Positions 40,255 to 49,188 of a DNA stretch of 64,000 bases are shown here, piece after piece (within the stretch, counting starts at the first letter, position 1; every line of letters begins with the position of its first letter). The notes under the pieces were generated by a model, which made no database searches, was not told the origin of the DNA, and worked only from the letters and a program-made list of their open reading frames with translations. The stretch comes from a bacterium. Lineage in GTDB: Bacteria > Patescibacteriota > Minisyncoccia > UBA6257 > JAGOQP01. The stretch is taken from positions 8,920-72,919 of the forward strand of contig JAKAHY010000002.1 of the NCBI GenBank assembly GCA_021814695.1, written 5' to 3'. Position numbers and translations under genes: made by a program.

Positions 40255-41457
40255 ATGAAAAAACCAACCCTATCGGAACTTTTTAAAACAGCTCTTTATA
40301 TAGGTGCTATCGGCTACGGCGGAGCAGCAAATTTGGCACTGATGAAAAAGACCTTTGTACATGAAAAGGAATGGATCTCAGAAAAGGATTTTATGGAAGC
40401 GCTTAGTTTATCGCAGATTATTCCAGGTTCTACGGGGGTTAGTTTGATGGGAAATATTGGATTTAGATTTCACCGCATATTGGGTGGCATTTTAATCCCA
40501 CTTGCATTTATGTTCCCGGCAACTATCGCGATTCTTATTCTTTCGTGGGCATATTTTTATTTTGGCAACACTTCATTTGTTCAGTCGTTATTTCTCGGTT
40601 TGGGCGCGCTGGTAGTAGCGCTTCTGGTTAATGCGACGTGGATGTTGGGTAAATCGGTTTTTAAAAAGGTATCTATTAATGATTGGAAAGGTTTCTTTAT
40701 TACTATAATTACCTTTGTTGGTGTTTTTTTTATTAAGGTTAATGTGATTTATCTTATTCTAACCGCTGGATTGTTGGGTTTTGTATTTTATTATTTTACT
40801 AAAGAATTTGAAGGTGAAAAGACAAAAGAGGGAAAATCAATTTTATCCGAACCGACGATATCGGCATGGAAATTAATGAGTGTTGAAGATTGGGGTGCGT
40901 TGTCCATATTACTCATTCTTGTTGTTATTGGATTTATCTTTCCATTAGTTAGTAAATTGTTTGCGACATTCGTTAAAATCGGGCTCTTTGCTTTTGGTGG
41001 AGGATTTGCGGTTATCCCTCTTATTCAGAATCAGGTTGTTGCCGTTCATGGCTGGATGACCACTAAAGAATTTATCGACGGAATCGCGCTGGGACAAGTA
41101 ACGCCGGGACCGGTATTGGTAACCGCAACGTTTGTGGGGTATCGCGTGGCCGGAATTTTGGGTGCGCTGTTTTCTACATTGGCTATATTTTTGATTCCGA
41201 TTCTTTCAGTGATCGCTCTCGCCGATATTCATGCAAAAGTCCGTAATTTAAAAGCGGTAAAAGTTGTCGTAAAGGGATTTTTGTCTGGTTTTATTGGATT
41301 ATTGATTGCCATAACTTTACAATTTGCCTCCAAATCTTTATTGGGTTGGCAAACGTGGCTAATTTTTATCGCGTCATTGGTGTGGATCATGTATTTAAAA
41401 AAAGATTCCATTTGGGCGATATTGGGAACGATCGCGCTATCGTTATTAATATTTTAA
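40255..41457 (+). CDS. chrA: Chromate-ion transporter (CHR family, two-domain form)
   Basis: It has IGAIGYGGAAN...SQIIPGSTG, and a second half with FAFGGGFAVIPL...ALGQVTPGPV. Confidence 0.85.
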   Translation: MKKPTLSELFKTALYIGAIGYGGAANLALMKKTFVHEKEWISEKDFMEALSLSQIIPGSTGVSLMGNIGFRFHRILGGILIPLAFMFPATIAILILSWAYFYFGNTSFVQSLFLGLGALVVALLVNATWMLGKSVFKKVSINDWKGFFITIITFVGVFFIKVNVIYLILTAGLLGFVFYYFTKEFEGEKTKEGKSILSEPTISAWKLMSVEDWGALSILLILVVIGFIFPLVSKLFATFVKIGLFAFGGGFAVIPLIQNQVVAVHGWMTTKEFIDGIALGQVTPGPVLVTATFVGYRVAGILGALFSTLAIFLIPILSVIALADIHAKVRNLKAVKVVVKGFLSGFIGLLIAITLQFASKSLLGWQTWLIFIASLVWIMYLKKDSIWAILGTIALSLLIF

Positions 41458-41467
41458 AAATAATTTT

Positions 41468-42436
41468 ATGGACATTTTTTATCCTTTACAGGCGCTTGCC
41501 GATTGGCTGACTTATTCGGTTTTCGGTATTATTCCCAAAACGCTTCTGGCCAGCGCGGTAAATTTTTTTATTTTTGACACGACAAAGATATTAGTTCTTT
41601 TGTCGGTGATTATATTTTTTGTTTCAATTATCCGCTCATATCTGCCACCGGAAAAAATCAGGGCTGTTTTGGCACACAAAAATGAATTTGTTGGGAATAT
41701 TTTAGCGTCTCTCTTGGGGATAATTACTCCGTTTTGTTCCTGCTCGGCCATCCCGCTTTTTTTGGGATTTGTTCAGGCTGGAGTTCCATTGGGGACAACT
41801 TTTTCTTTTTTGGTTTCTTCGCCTATGGTCAACGAGGTGGCCTTGGTAATGCTTCTTGGACTTTTTGGCTGGAAAATTGCCCTAATTTATATTATCAGCG
41901 GACTGATTATTGCCATTTTTTCCGGAATTGTTATTGGAAAAATGAAAATGGAAAATTTAGTTGAGCCATTTGTTTATCAGAACGCTCTTAGTGGTGACAG
42001 CATTGATTTTCCGAGAATGTCTTGTAAGGAAAGAATAATTTACGCCAAAGATTACACGTTGGATATTTTAAAAAAAGTTTGGTTGTATGTTTTAATCGGT
42101 ATTGGTATGGGAGCTTGGATACATGGTTATGTGCCAGCAGATTTTTTGGCACAATACGCCGGATCGGGAAAGTGGTATGCAGTTCCATTGGCGGTACTGA
42201 TTGGCATTCCGCTTTATTCCAATGCCGCCGGAGTAATTCCACTGGTTAGTGCTTTAACCGAAAAAGGAGTGGCAATGGGAACAACGTTGGCTTTCATGAT
42301 GTCGGTAACGGCACTTTCGTTGCCGGAGTTTATGATTTTAAAAAAAGTTATGAAAGTCAGGTTAATTTTGATTTTTGCTGGAATTGTTGGTATTGGAATT
42401 ATGCTCATCGGATTTTTGTTTAACTGGATTTTGTAA
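41468..42436 (+). CDS. COG0701-type permease (ArsP-like)
   Basis: It has ITPFCSCSAIPLFLGF..AGVPLG.TFSFL.SSPMVNE and is a polytopic membrane protein. Confidence 0.75.
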   Translation: MDIFYPLQALADWLTYSVFGIIPKTLLASAVNFFIFDTTKILVLLSVIIFFVSIIRSYLPPEKIRAVLAHKNEFVGNILASLLGIITPFCSCSAIPLFLGFVQAGVPLGTTFSFLVSSPMVNEVALVMLLGLFGWKIALIYIISGLIIAIFSGIVIGKMKMENLVEPFVYQNALSGDSIDFPRMSCKERIIYAKDYTLDILKKVWLYVLIGIGMGAWIHGYVPADFLAQYAGSGKWYAVPLAVLIGIPLYSNAAGVIPLVSALTEKGVAMGTTLAFMMSVTALSLPEFMILKKVMKVRLILIFAGIVGIGIMLIGFLFNWIL

Positions 42437-42519
42437 TTTAATTAAATTTTAAACCCTTGCCAGTCGTTCATTTTTGACGTATTGTTTGGTTAGTATTTTT
42501 CAAACGAAAGGAGACAATA

Positions 42520-43005
42520 ATGGACGCCGACGATGTTGTTATCAATGATAGTATGGAAGTCGTTTATGAAGATGATTATCACATCAAGAAATGCCCGACT
42601 GATGGATTTATCCAATTCAGCGAAGTGGTTGAATTAGAAGACCAGAAAATTTACAGATCGGTTCTTTTGGATGAATCTAAAAAAGAGATAGCGGTCGGAT
42701 TTTTCCACCGTTCGGAAATTAAACCATTTGATGCGGTTTATGTAAAAATCATGGACGAAAAAAAGGGTGGATATTTGGTTTATTACAATGCCACATCCCA
42801 AAGCTATGGGTTTATGCAGGGGGGCGCTGTCTGGATTCCCAAGGATTTGTTATCGGTAATGACAAATCGCACAATCAGAGGTATTGTCGATGGCAGAATG
42901 GTAACTCTCAAGTGCAAATGCGGGGAAGAACTGGTGATGGCTGCTGGCCTGCCGAGAACTTTGGCCGCGTGTCCCAAGTGCAAACGTGCTGATCATGTTG
43001 TTTAA
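42520..43005 (+). CDS. Hypothetical protein with a C-terminal CxC...CxxC zinc-ribbon-like motif
   Basis: AAAGGAG is the ribosome-binding site. The C-terminal motif is LKCKCGEE...ACPKCKRADHVV. I do not recognise the family. Confidence 0.55.
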   Translation: MDADDVVINDSMEVVYEDDYHIKKCPTDGFIQFSEVVELEDQKIYRSVLLDESKKEIAVGFFHRSEIKPFDAVYVKIMDEKKGGYLVYYNATSQSYGFMQGGAVWIPKDLLSVMTNRTIRGIVDGRMVTLKCKCGEELVMAAGLPRTLAACPKCKRADHVV

Positions 43006-43053
43006 TTAATATATTTTTGGGCGCGAAGCGCCCTTTTTTGTTACAATAAAATA

Positions 43054-43938
43054 ATGAGAAAAACATTTTATATTATCTTAATCATACTGCCGGTTGTATT
43101 CGCAGTAGCCATTTATTTATTTTCAAGAAGTTCCACTTCAAAAGAAAGCGGATTAAAAATAGCGACGACTATTTTCCCTGTTTTTGACATCGCAAGAAAT
43201 ATTGTTGGCGATAAAATTCAGGTTATTCAGGTAGTTCCTCCGGGAGCCAGTCCGCATACTTTTGAGGTAACTCCCCAAACGGCATTGGAACTGCAAGGCG
43301 TCAAGGCGATATTTAAAATAGGAAATGGGCTTGATGACTGGATTGACGGCGTTGCCCAAAGCGGCGCCCCAAACGCTCGGATTTTTACGCTCTCGCAAGG
43401 AATAGATTTGAGGAAATTTTCAGACGGCAGTGTTGATCCTCACTACTGGCTGGCGTTAAATAATGCGCAAATAATCGCTCAAAATATTTTTCAGGATGTT
43501 TTGGAAATTGATCCTGCCAATAAAGATTATTATCAATCTAATCTGGATGCTTACTTGAAAAAACTTGATACTGCCGACAAAAAGATATCGGCAACTTTGG
43601 CCGACGTTTCTCAAAAAAACATCGCCACTTTCCATGATGCTTGGTATTATTTTGCCCAAAGATATGGACTTAACGTTATCACCGCTTTTGAGCCGTTTCC
43701 CGGAAAAGAACCCACCCCCCAATATCTTTCGCAATTTATAAACGATATAAAAAAATATAATTTGAAAGTTGTTTTTATAGAACCTCAATTTTCGTCTCAA
43801 AGTTTGGAACAAATCGCTAAAGACCAGGGAGTTAATTTGGTCTTAATCAATCCGGCTGATGGCGGAGCTTCGGGAAATGACGATTTGATAACGCTGCTTG
43901 AAAATGATGCTCAAATAATGGCTTCCGTGCTAAAATAG
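43054..43938 (+). CDS. Zn/Mn-type ABC transporter substrate-binding protein (ZnuA/TroA family)
   Basis: It has a signal anchor and the motifs TTIFPVFDIARNI.GDK, GASPHTFE, DPHYWL and FHDAW.YFA. Confidence 0.88.
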   Translation: MRKTFYIILIILPVVFAVAIYLFSRSSTSKESGLKIATTIFPVFDIARNIVGDKIQVIQVVPPGASPHTFEVTPQTALELQGVKAIFKIGNGLDDWIDGVAQSGAPNARIFTLSQGIDLRKFSDGSVDPHYWLALNNAQIIAQNIFQDVLEIDPANKDYYQSNLDAYLKKLDTADKKISATLADVSQKNIATFHDAWYYFAQRYGLNVITAFEPFPGKEPTPQYLSQFINDIKKYNLKVVFIEPQFSSQSLEQIAKDQGVNLVLINPADGGASGNDDLITLLENDAQIMASVLK

Positions 43939-43942
43939 AAAA

Positions 43943-44653
43943 ATGGATCCGCTACTGGATGTTAAAAATTTATCGGTAAAATTTGGTGATGTTTCCGTCT
44001 TGGAAAACGTCAATTTTTCTTTGAACAAGGGAGATATCTTGACGATTATCGGTCCTAACGGAGCCGGCAAAACGGTATTGGTAAAATCCATACTCGGATT
44101 AATTAGTCACGAGGGAATAGTTGAATTTAACGGCCGACCGGTTTTGTCCCAACTTTCAAAAATAGGTTATGTTCCTCAGCGGCTTGATTTTGACCGGACA
44201 TTTCCGATTACCGCCAAAGAATTACTGGATTTGGTTTCAAAAAAAACAACTTCCGAAGAAACAAAAACCGTTTGTCAGCATCTTGAAATAGAAAATATTC
44301 TTTCAAAAAAGATTGGAACGCTTTCAGGTGGTCAAATGCAAAGAGTTTTAATCGCTCGGGCGGTTATGGGTGGTCCCGAACTTTTGATTATGGATGAGCC
44401 GACGGCGGGAGTGGATATCGGCGGCGTTAAAAATTTTTACGACATAGTCGGTCATTTAAACAAAGAACACGGGATGACGATTATATTAATATCCCATGAA
44501 ATAAATATGGTCTATTCGCTGGCAAGCAAGGTTTTGTGTTTGAATAAACAAATGCTTTGCGTTGGAACTCCCAAGCAGGCGATTACCAGAAAAATTTTGG
44601 ATAAGCTTTATGGAGGAAGTGTCGGCCCCAGGGAACATAATCACTTAAATTAG
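43943..44653 (+). CDS. Zn/Mn-type ABC transporter ATP-binding protein
   Basis: It has the Walker A motif GPNGAGKT, the signature LSGGQMQR and the Walker B motif LLIMDEPT. Confidence 0.92.
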   Translation: MDPLLDVKNLSVKFGDVSVLENVNFSLNKGDILTIIGPNGAGKTVLVKSILGLISHEGIVEFNGRPVLSQLSKIGYVPQRLDFDRTFPITAKELLDLVSKKTTSEETKTVCQHLEIENILSKKIGTLSGGQMQRVLIARAVMGGPELLIMDEPTAGVDIGGVKNFYDIVGHLNKEHGMTIILISHEINMVYSLASKVLCLNKQMLCVGTPKQAITRKILDKLYGGSVGPREHNHLN

Positions 44654-44677
44654 CAAGCAATAATCGATATTCGATAA

Positions 44678-45487
44678 ATGGAAAACATAATCAATCTAAT
44701 TTCATATCCGTTTGTTTTGAGGGCAATATTTGCCGGAATTGTTACTGCGGCACTGCTGGCTTTCTTAGGGGTTTTTGTGGTGTTAAGAAAAATGTCTTTT
44801 TACAGCGACGGTATCGCGCATGCGTCTTTGGCCGGAGTGGCGGCGGGAATTTTGCTTTCCAGCCAGCCGCTTTTGTGGGCAATGATTGTTGGAATTATTT
44901 TTGCGATTTTGGTTTTTTGGCTGGAAAAAAGAACTTCGGTTTCGGTTGATGCGATTATCGGAGTTTTGTTTACCGCTAGTTTGGCCTTGGGTGTGGTTTT
45001 GATGAATTTCAAATCGGGATATCAGCCAGATTTAATCAGTTTTCTTTTTGGAAATATTCTGACGATTCAATATTCGGATATCTGGCTTATTTTAATTATC
45101 GCTTTAATTACCGGAATTTTTATGACAATTAATTACAAAAAATATTTGCTTTTATCGTTAAATAAGGACTTGGCTTATCTTTCGGGAATAAATCTTTCTT
45201 TATATCAATTGTTGTTTTATATCGCCTTATCGGTTTCGGTTATTTTGGGAATAAAAATTGTAGGAGTGGTTTTGGTTAGTGCTTTAGTGATTATTCCCGT
45301 TTCTATCGCGAAACTTTTTTCGGTCTCAGCAAAGTCCTTGGTAGTTTGGAGCATTGTCTTATCGGAAATAATTATGCTTTTAGGCGTAATGCTGTCTTTA
45401 ATATTTAATTTGCCTACCGGAGCGACAATCGTTCTTGTTGGAGCAGTTATATTTTTTGGAGGAGTTTTAATTTTAAAAAAATTATAA
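44678..45487 (+). CDS. Zn/Mn-type ABC transporter permease
   Basis: This 269-aa polytopic protein has the ZnuB/TroC-like layout and is third in the SBP-ATPase-permease order. Confidence 0.88.
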   Translation: MENIINLISYPFVLRAIFAGIVTAALLAFLGVFVVLRKMSFYSDGIAHASLAGVAAGILLSSQPLLWAMIVGIIFAILVFWLEKRTSVSVDAIIGVLFTASLALGVVLMNFKSGYQPDLISFLFGNILTIQYSDIWLILIIALITGIFMTINYKKYLLLSLNKDLAYLSGINLSLYQLLFYIALSVSVILGIKIVGVVLVSALVIIPVSIAKLFSVSAKSLVVWSIVLSEIIMLLGVMLSLIFNLPTGATIVLVGAVIFFGGVLILKKL

Positions 45488-45539
45488 TTTTAACCGGCTG
45501 GAAATGCCGGAGCACAAGTGTATAATCAAGTTAATTTTT

Positions 45540-46055
45540 ATGAATAAGAAAAAATTTTTACCGGCAGCTATAGTGGCTTTTTTTGTGGGAATTTTCTGGG
45601 CATTTCCCGCTCAAGCCGTATGTCCCGTTTGCACCGTTGCCGTTGGGGCGGGCGTGGGATTGGCGAGGTATCTTGGAGTTGACGATACAATTACCGGAAC
45701 TTGGATAGGAGGATTAATGATTTCGTTAATATTTTGGACTCTCAGTTGGTTTGATAAAAAAAAGATATTCTTTAAAGGCAAAGTCGCACTAACGGTAGTC
45801 TTGTATTACGGATTGGTTGTCGTTCCTCTCGTCTGGATAGATGTCATTGGCCACCCTCTCAATAAATTATGGGGTTTTGACAAATTATTGCTTGGGATAA
45901 CATTCGGCAGCGCGGTATTTCTCGCGGCGAATTATTTGTACGAAATATTAAAAAGAAAAAACGGAGGGAGGGCTTGGTTTCCATTCCAAAAAATAATTAT
46001 GCCTGTTTTAGCTCTTATAATAACAAGCGGAATATTTTATTTTATAACCAAATAA
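45540..46055 (+). CDS. Membrane protein with an N-terminal CPVC motif, unknown function
   Basis: I prefer the start at MNKKKF, because ATG 45504 would place a TGTATAAT -10 box inside the ORF. It has four hydrophobic segments. Confidence 0.5.
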   Translation: MNKKKFLPAAIVAFFVGIFWAFPAQAVCPVCTVAVGAGVGLARYLGVDDTITGTWIGGLMISLIFWTLSWFDKKKIFFKGKVALTVVLYYGLVVVPLVWIDVIGHPLNKLWGFDKLLLGITFGSAVFLAANYLYEILKRKNGGRAWFPFQKIIMPVLALIITSGIFYFITK

Positions 46056-46059
46056 ATCT

Positions 46060-46590
46060 ATGAATAATCCGATAAAAAACGTTGACGAGTTCATAAAAAA
46101 AGTCGGTGAAATGAAAAAACAAGACAAGTTCGATTTGTCTTCGGACGAAGACCTGTCTATTGCGGTCATGAATCTGGTTAGTATAGAGGAGCATTTTTTC
46201 TTTACGGCCGAGAAAACCGGCAGGAGTGAATATTTTGACCTGCTCAAGGAGGTGAGAGAAATGCGCAAAGAACTCCTTAAGAAATTAATAAAAGAATATG
46301 AAGGCGAAGTCTGGTGTATTTCAAAACATTTATTGGCTGCTTCTATGCGATTAATGGAGGTTGGCACAAAACAGCTTGGGGCCGGAAATAAAAAGGAGGC
46401 AAGAGAACTTTTTGAAAAGGCCTACAATCTTTATTCGTTGTTCTGGGGAGTAAATATGAAATTAATCGGTTCCAAGGATTTGAAAAAAATAGACGATAAC
46501 GCCTTAAATCGTCATGATTCCAAAAAAAGCGGATTCATGGGCAAACTAGGAGAATTGGTCAAAAAAGCGATTGATTGTTGCATTGAATAA
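46060..46590 (+). CDS. Hypothetical soluble helical protein
   Basis: This is a 176-aa ORF that ends ...AIDCCIE. I do not recognise the family. Confidence 0.5.
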   Translation: MNNPIKNVDEFIKKVGEMKKQDKFDLSSDEDLSIAVMNLVSIEEHFFFTAEKTGRSEYFDLLKEVREMRKELLKKLIKEYEGEVWCISKHLLAASMRLMEVGTKQLGAGNKKEARELFEKAYNLYSLFWGVNMKLIGSKDLKKIDDNALNRHDSKKSGFMGKLGELVKKAIDCCIE

Positions 46591-46672
46591 AACCTCCAGT
46601 GAGTAGCCACAGATAAATACGGATTAAACAGATTTATGCGGATAATAAAAAAGAGTCGCTAACAGCGATTCT

Positions 46673-46993
46673 TTATTTTTTGGATTTATTTGCGGCTCGG
46701 CGCAGCTGCCAATTGATGTGACGGTAAAAACGGGGAAGGTGCTTACGATCAGTTGCGCGAAGCAAGGATTCCAACCCCCGTTTATCAAGAGACAATCCCA
46801 AGCATCTGAATTTATTCAGCAAAGCGGCATCTTCCTTATAGCCGCACGGATAAAAATTTAATACGCGCTTGAATTGTTTAAATGTTTCAACAAGTTCAAT
46901 GAGCCGTATGATTCTTGGGTCGTTTTTGTCCAATAACGGGATTTGGCTTGTGTGGATATTGCGCAGTTGTTTTCCGAAGGCAGTAGGAACCAC
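46673..46993 (-). CDS. Hypothetical basic protein
   Basis: This 106-aa ORF is followed by a terminator hairpin (AAGAGTCGCT-aaca-GCGATTCTT in plus-strand reading). Confidence 0.4.
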   Translation of the reverse strand: MVPTAFGKQLRNIHTSQIPLLDKNDPRIIRLIELVETFKQFKRVLNFYPCGYKEDAALLNKFRCLGLSLDKRGLESLLRATDRKHLPRFYRHINWQLRRAANKSKK

Positions 46994-47164
46994 AAGACCT
47001 CCTTGTGATAAGTTCTAACGGGTAGTATCTGATATTTTTGGATATGAATCAAGTATTTGGTCCAATTGTTTATCGGGATAATTATTGACATTATTCTTTT
47101 ATAGTGGTATAAAATAATCAGCAGCTTGATTCAAATACGGCTGCGGAAAAGGACGGACATACAC

Positions 47165-47791
47165 ATGTCCGAAGAAGCTATCCGCATCAGCAACACCGCA
47201 GGGATTTTTCTGGTTATTCTTCCATCTTCAGGCGAGACGGAAGTGAAGACGGTATTGGTATTGGGAAAGTCTGAATTGGTAGAGCAGAGCAACGGCACTG
47301 TTTTTTCCAAGCCGCGCATGTGGGGATTGCCCAAGGGAAGGATGAAGTCCGATACGGATGAAGACGTTGTCACAACCGCCCTCCGAGAGTTTCAGGAGGA
47401 AACCGGAATCACCGAGATTTCCAAGGGTATGATCAATTGGGAGTTGTCCGTAACGGAGAAGGAATGTTCACTCCGTCCGGGCTCAGACGAACATCACAAG
47501 ACGTTTTTCCTGGTGGTTATGAAGAAAACGCCCAAGATCGGAATTCCTGTCGATCCCAAGATTGAGAAAGCCCAGATTTTTTCCATCAGCGAACTTCCCA
47601 TCACGGGCGGAACAAAGTTGGCCAAAAGTCATGCTCGGGCCATGAGCGCACTTCTGGAAAAGTGCCGGCCACAGCTTTTGGCAGAAGGCGTCCATCCCAT
47701 GGTTTTGGCTATGTGCGAGGTAGGCCTGTCCCACAAGCCGGGAGAAAATAAACCCGATGACGAAAAGAACAATTTCCGCAATCAGCGGTAA
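47165..47791 (+). CDS. NUDIX hydrolase
   Basis: The Nudix box is GLPKGRMKSDTDEDVVTTALREFQEETGI. I prefer ATG 47165 to TTG 47126 as the start. Confidence 0.85.
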   Translation: MSEEAIRISNTAGIFLVILPSSGETEVKTVLVLGKSELVEQSNGTVFSKPRMWGLPKGRMKSDTDEDVVTTALREFQEETGITEISKGMINWELSVTEKECSLRPGSDEHHKTFFLVVMKKTPKIGIPVDPKIEKAQIFSISELPITGGTKLAKSHARAMSALLEKCRPQLLAEGVHPMVLAMCEVGLSHKPGENKPDDEKNNFRNQR

Positions 47792-47818
47792 CTCCGAGCA
47801 TGTCTCGGAGATTTTTTT
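47792..47818 (+). terminator. Rho-independent terminator
   Basis: CTCCGAG-catgt-CTCGGAG followed by ATTTTTTT. Confidence 0.8.
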
Positions 47819-47837
47819 AATCAAAAAATAATATTTG

Positions 47838-47960
47838 AAAATATCCCGACAAGTGAGGGGATTTTGTATAGTCCTTCTTCGCATAAAGCTTCGAAGGACA
47901 CTTTTCGTCTGGCTTGCACTTCGTAGCTCGCCAGGGCGAAGAAGTGAGCGGGTAAGGGGA
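47838..47960 (-). repeat. 123-nt direct repeat, copy 1 (tRNA-Gly 3' end + type B motif)
   Basis: By eye it is identical to 48066-48188, at an offset of 228 nt. On the minus strand it reads CCCCTTACCCGCTCA, then CTTCTTCGCCCTGGCGAGCTACGAAGTGCAAGC...GTCCTTCGAAGCTTTATGCGAAGAAGGAC...ATCCCCTCACTTGTCGGGAT. Confidence 0.85.
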
Positions 47961-48062
47961 AGTCTTACGCTCACCCCCGACCCCCGCTTAAGAAACCTTC
48001 GGGTTTCTTACGTCCCTATTTTCCAACACGGGGGTTCGCATTCGACTCCCAAACTCACCCAC
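47945..48062 (-). repeat. Type A unit, Gly(UCC) copy (variant arrangement)
   Basis: On the minus strand it reads GGGAGTCG-aatg-CGAACCCCCG, TGTTGGAAAATA, TAAGAAACC-cgaa-GGTTTCTTA, then GGGGGTCGGGGGTGAGCGTAAGACTTCCCCTTACCCGCTCA. Confidence 0.7.
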
Positions 48063-48065
48063 AAA

Positions 48066-48188
48066 AAAATATCCCGACAAGTGAGGGGATTTTGTATAGT
48101 CCTTCTTCGCATAAAGCTTCGAAGGACACTTTTCGTCTGGCTTGCACTTCGTAGCTCGCCAGGGCGAAGAAGTGAGCGGGTAAGGGGA
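48066..48188 (-). repeat. 123-nt direct repeat, copy 2 (overlaps the genuine tRNA-Gly(UCC) 3' end)
   Basis: See copy 1. Its upstream end is the real T-stem and acceptor 3' strand of the tRNA at 48175-48245. Confidence 0.85.
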
Positions 48189-48245
48189 GTCGGACCCCTC
48201 TCATCAGCTTGGAAAGCTGAGGTAATACCGATATACGATACCCGC
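48175..48245 (-). tRNA. tRNA-Gly (anticodon TCC)
   Basis: The acceptor stem is GCGGGTA/TACCCGC. The anticodon arm is TCAGC-TTTCCAA-GCTGA. The T arm is AGGGG-TCCGACT-CCCCT, again with C at position 55. CCA is not encoded. Confidence 0.85.
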
Positions 48246-48307
48246 TTAATGTGAATAAAGGTAACAAATTTTCTTGATTTTTTCAATAACTCAGGTAATC
48301 TGAGCGT

Positions 48308-48922
48308 ATGTTTTTGGACAGGTTCGATAGATTGCCTAAAAAAATTAGAAGGACCGCATGGGTTGTTATCGGATTGGTGGTTTTGATGTTGATTGCATAT
48401 TTGGCGTGGAGTTACTTCGGTTCCCATGTGCCGGGAGATTTCAACGAGGCCAGGATAGCGGCGTCCGTGGAAGCTAAAACGATTGCCGATACCCTGAAAG
48501 ATTCTCCTGAGAATCTTCAAAAAATACAACAACTTCAGGAAAAGTGGAAAGACGATCAGGCGCTGACACTTTTGGTTGCGGAGTTCCAAAAAAACCAGGC
48601 AGCCAGAGATGCATCGGTTAAACTTGCGGGAGAACTGGAAAGAATGGCTCAGGCCATTCCCGACATTCGTCCCAAAAAATCCGCCGAAAATGCTTTAGTT
48701 GCAATAACTACCGAAACTCAGTTGATTTATAAACTGGTCTCGTTTAATGATGATATGAGTCAGTTGCTTAAGTTGATGCAGGATAAAATTACGAATAAAA
48801 TCTACGGGGTGGATAAAGTAAATCAATTAGTGGATGCCATTAATTCCGAAGTCGATTCGATAAATCAGCTCAATAATCAGTTTGAAGATTATCTGAAAAC
48901 GTTTGACGGGTCGTTTAATTAA
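48308..48922 (+). CDS. Membrane-anchored coiled-coil protein, unknown function
   Basis: It has an N-terminal TM segment (WVVIGLVVLMLIAYLAW), and the remainder is helical. Confidence 0.55.
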   Translation: MFLDRFDRLPKKIRRTAWVVIGLVVLMLIAYLAWSYFGSHVPGDFNEARIAASVEAKTIADTLKDSPENLQKIQQLQEKWKDDQALTLLVAEFQKNQAARDASVKLAGELERMAQAIPDIRPKKSAENALVAITTETQLIYKLVSFNDDMSQLLKLMQDKITNKIYGVDKVNQLVDAINSEVDSINQLNNQFEDYLKTFDGSFN

Positions 48923-48941
48923 TTTAGGTTTTTATAAAATT

Positions 48942-49014
48942 GGGCCGTTAGCTTAGTTGGTAGAGCGCCTCGTTTGCAACGAGGAGGTCACCGGTTCGAA
49001 TCCGGTACGGTCCA
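48942..49014 (+). tRNA. tRNA-Ala (anticodon TGC)
   Basis: The acceptor stem is GGGCCGT/ACGGTCC with G3:U70. The anticodon arm is CCTCG-TTTGCAA-CGAGG. The T arm is ACCGG-TTCGAAT-CCGGT. Confidence 0.92.
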
Positions 49015-49052
49015 CATAACAAAAAAATTGCCTAGCGCAATTTTTTTGTTAT

Positions 49053-49184
49053 GATGAATCAGGGTCGGTTTGAATATTTAGGGGTCGGGGTATTTGTAAA
49101 TACCCCGAGTAAGAAAATTTGAGAAACCGTGGGTTTCTCACGAACGAATGAAATGAGTGAGGTGAGATTCCGGTACGGTCCACA
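49053..49184 (+). repeat. Type A unit, Ala(UGC) copy
   Basis: It reads GGTTTGAATATTTAGGGGT, P1 CGGGGTATTT-gta-AAATACCCCG, AGTAAGAAA, TGAGAAACC-gtg-GGTTTCTCA, then ...GAGGTGAGATTCCGGTACGGTCCACA. The last 19 nt repeat the tRNA-Ala 3' end. It ends 4 nt before ATG 49189. Confidence 0.8.
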
Positions 49185-49188
49185 AAAT

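Noticed and set aside
48175-48245. First reading of this tRNA as tRNA-Trp, because CCA occurs in the anticodon region
   Set aside because: With a 5-bp stem TCAGC/GCTGA the 7-nt loop is TTTCCAA, so the anticodon is TCC (Gly). The acceptor and T arms also match the other tRNA-Gly.
47835-48589. ORFs 47835..48254(+), 48008..48589(-) and 48055..48267(-), with internally repeated peptide sequence
   Set aside because: They are translations of the 123-nt direct repeat, the type A unit and tRNA-Gly(UCC).
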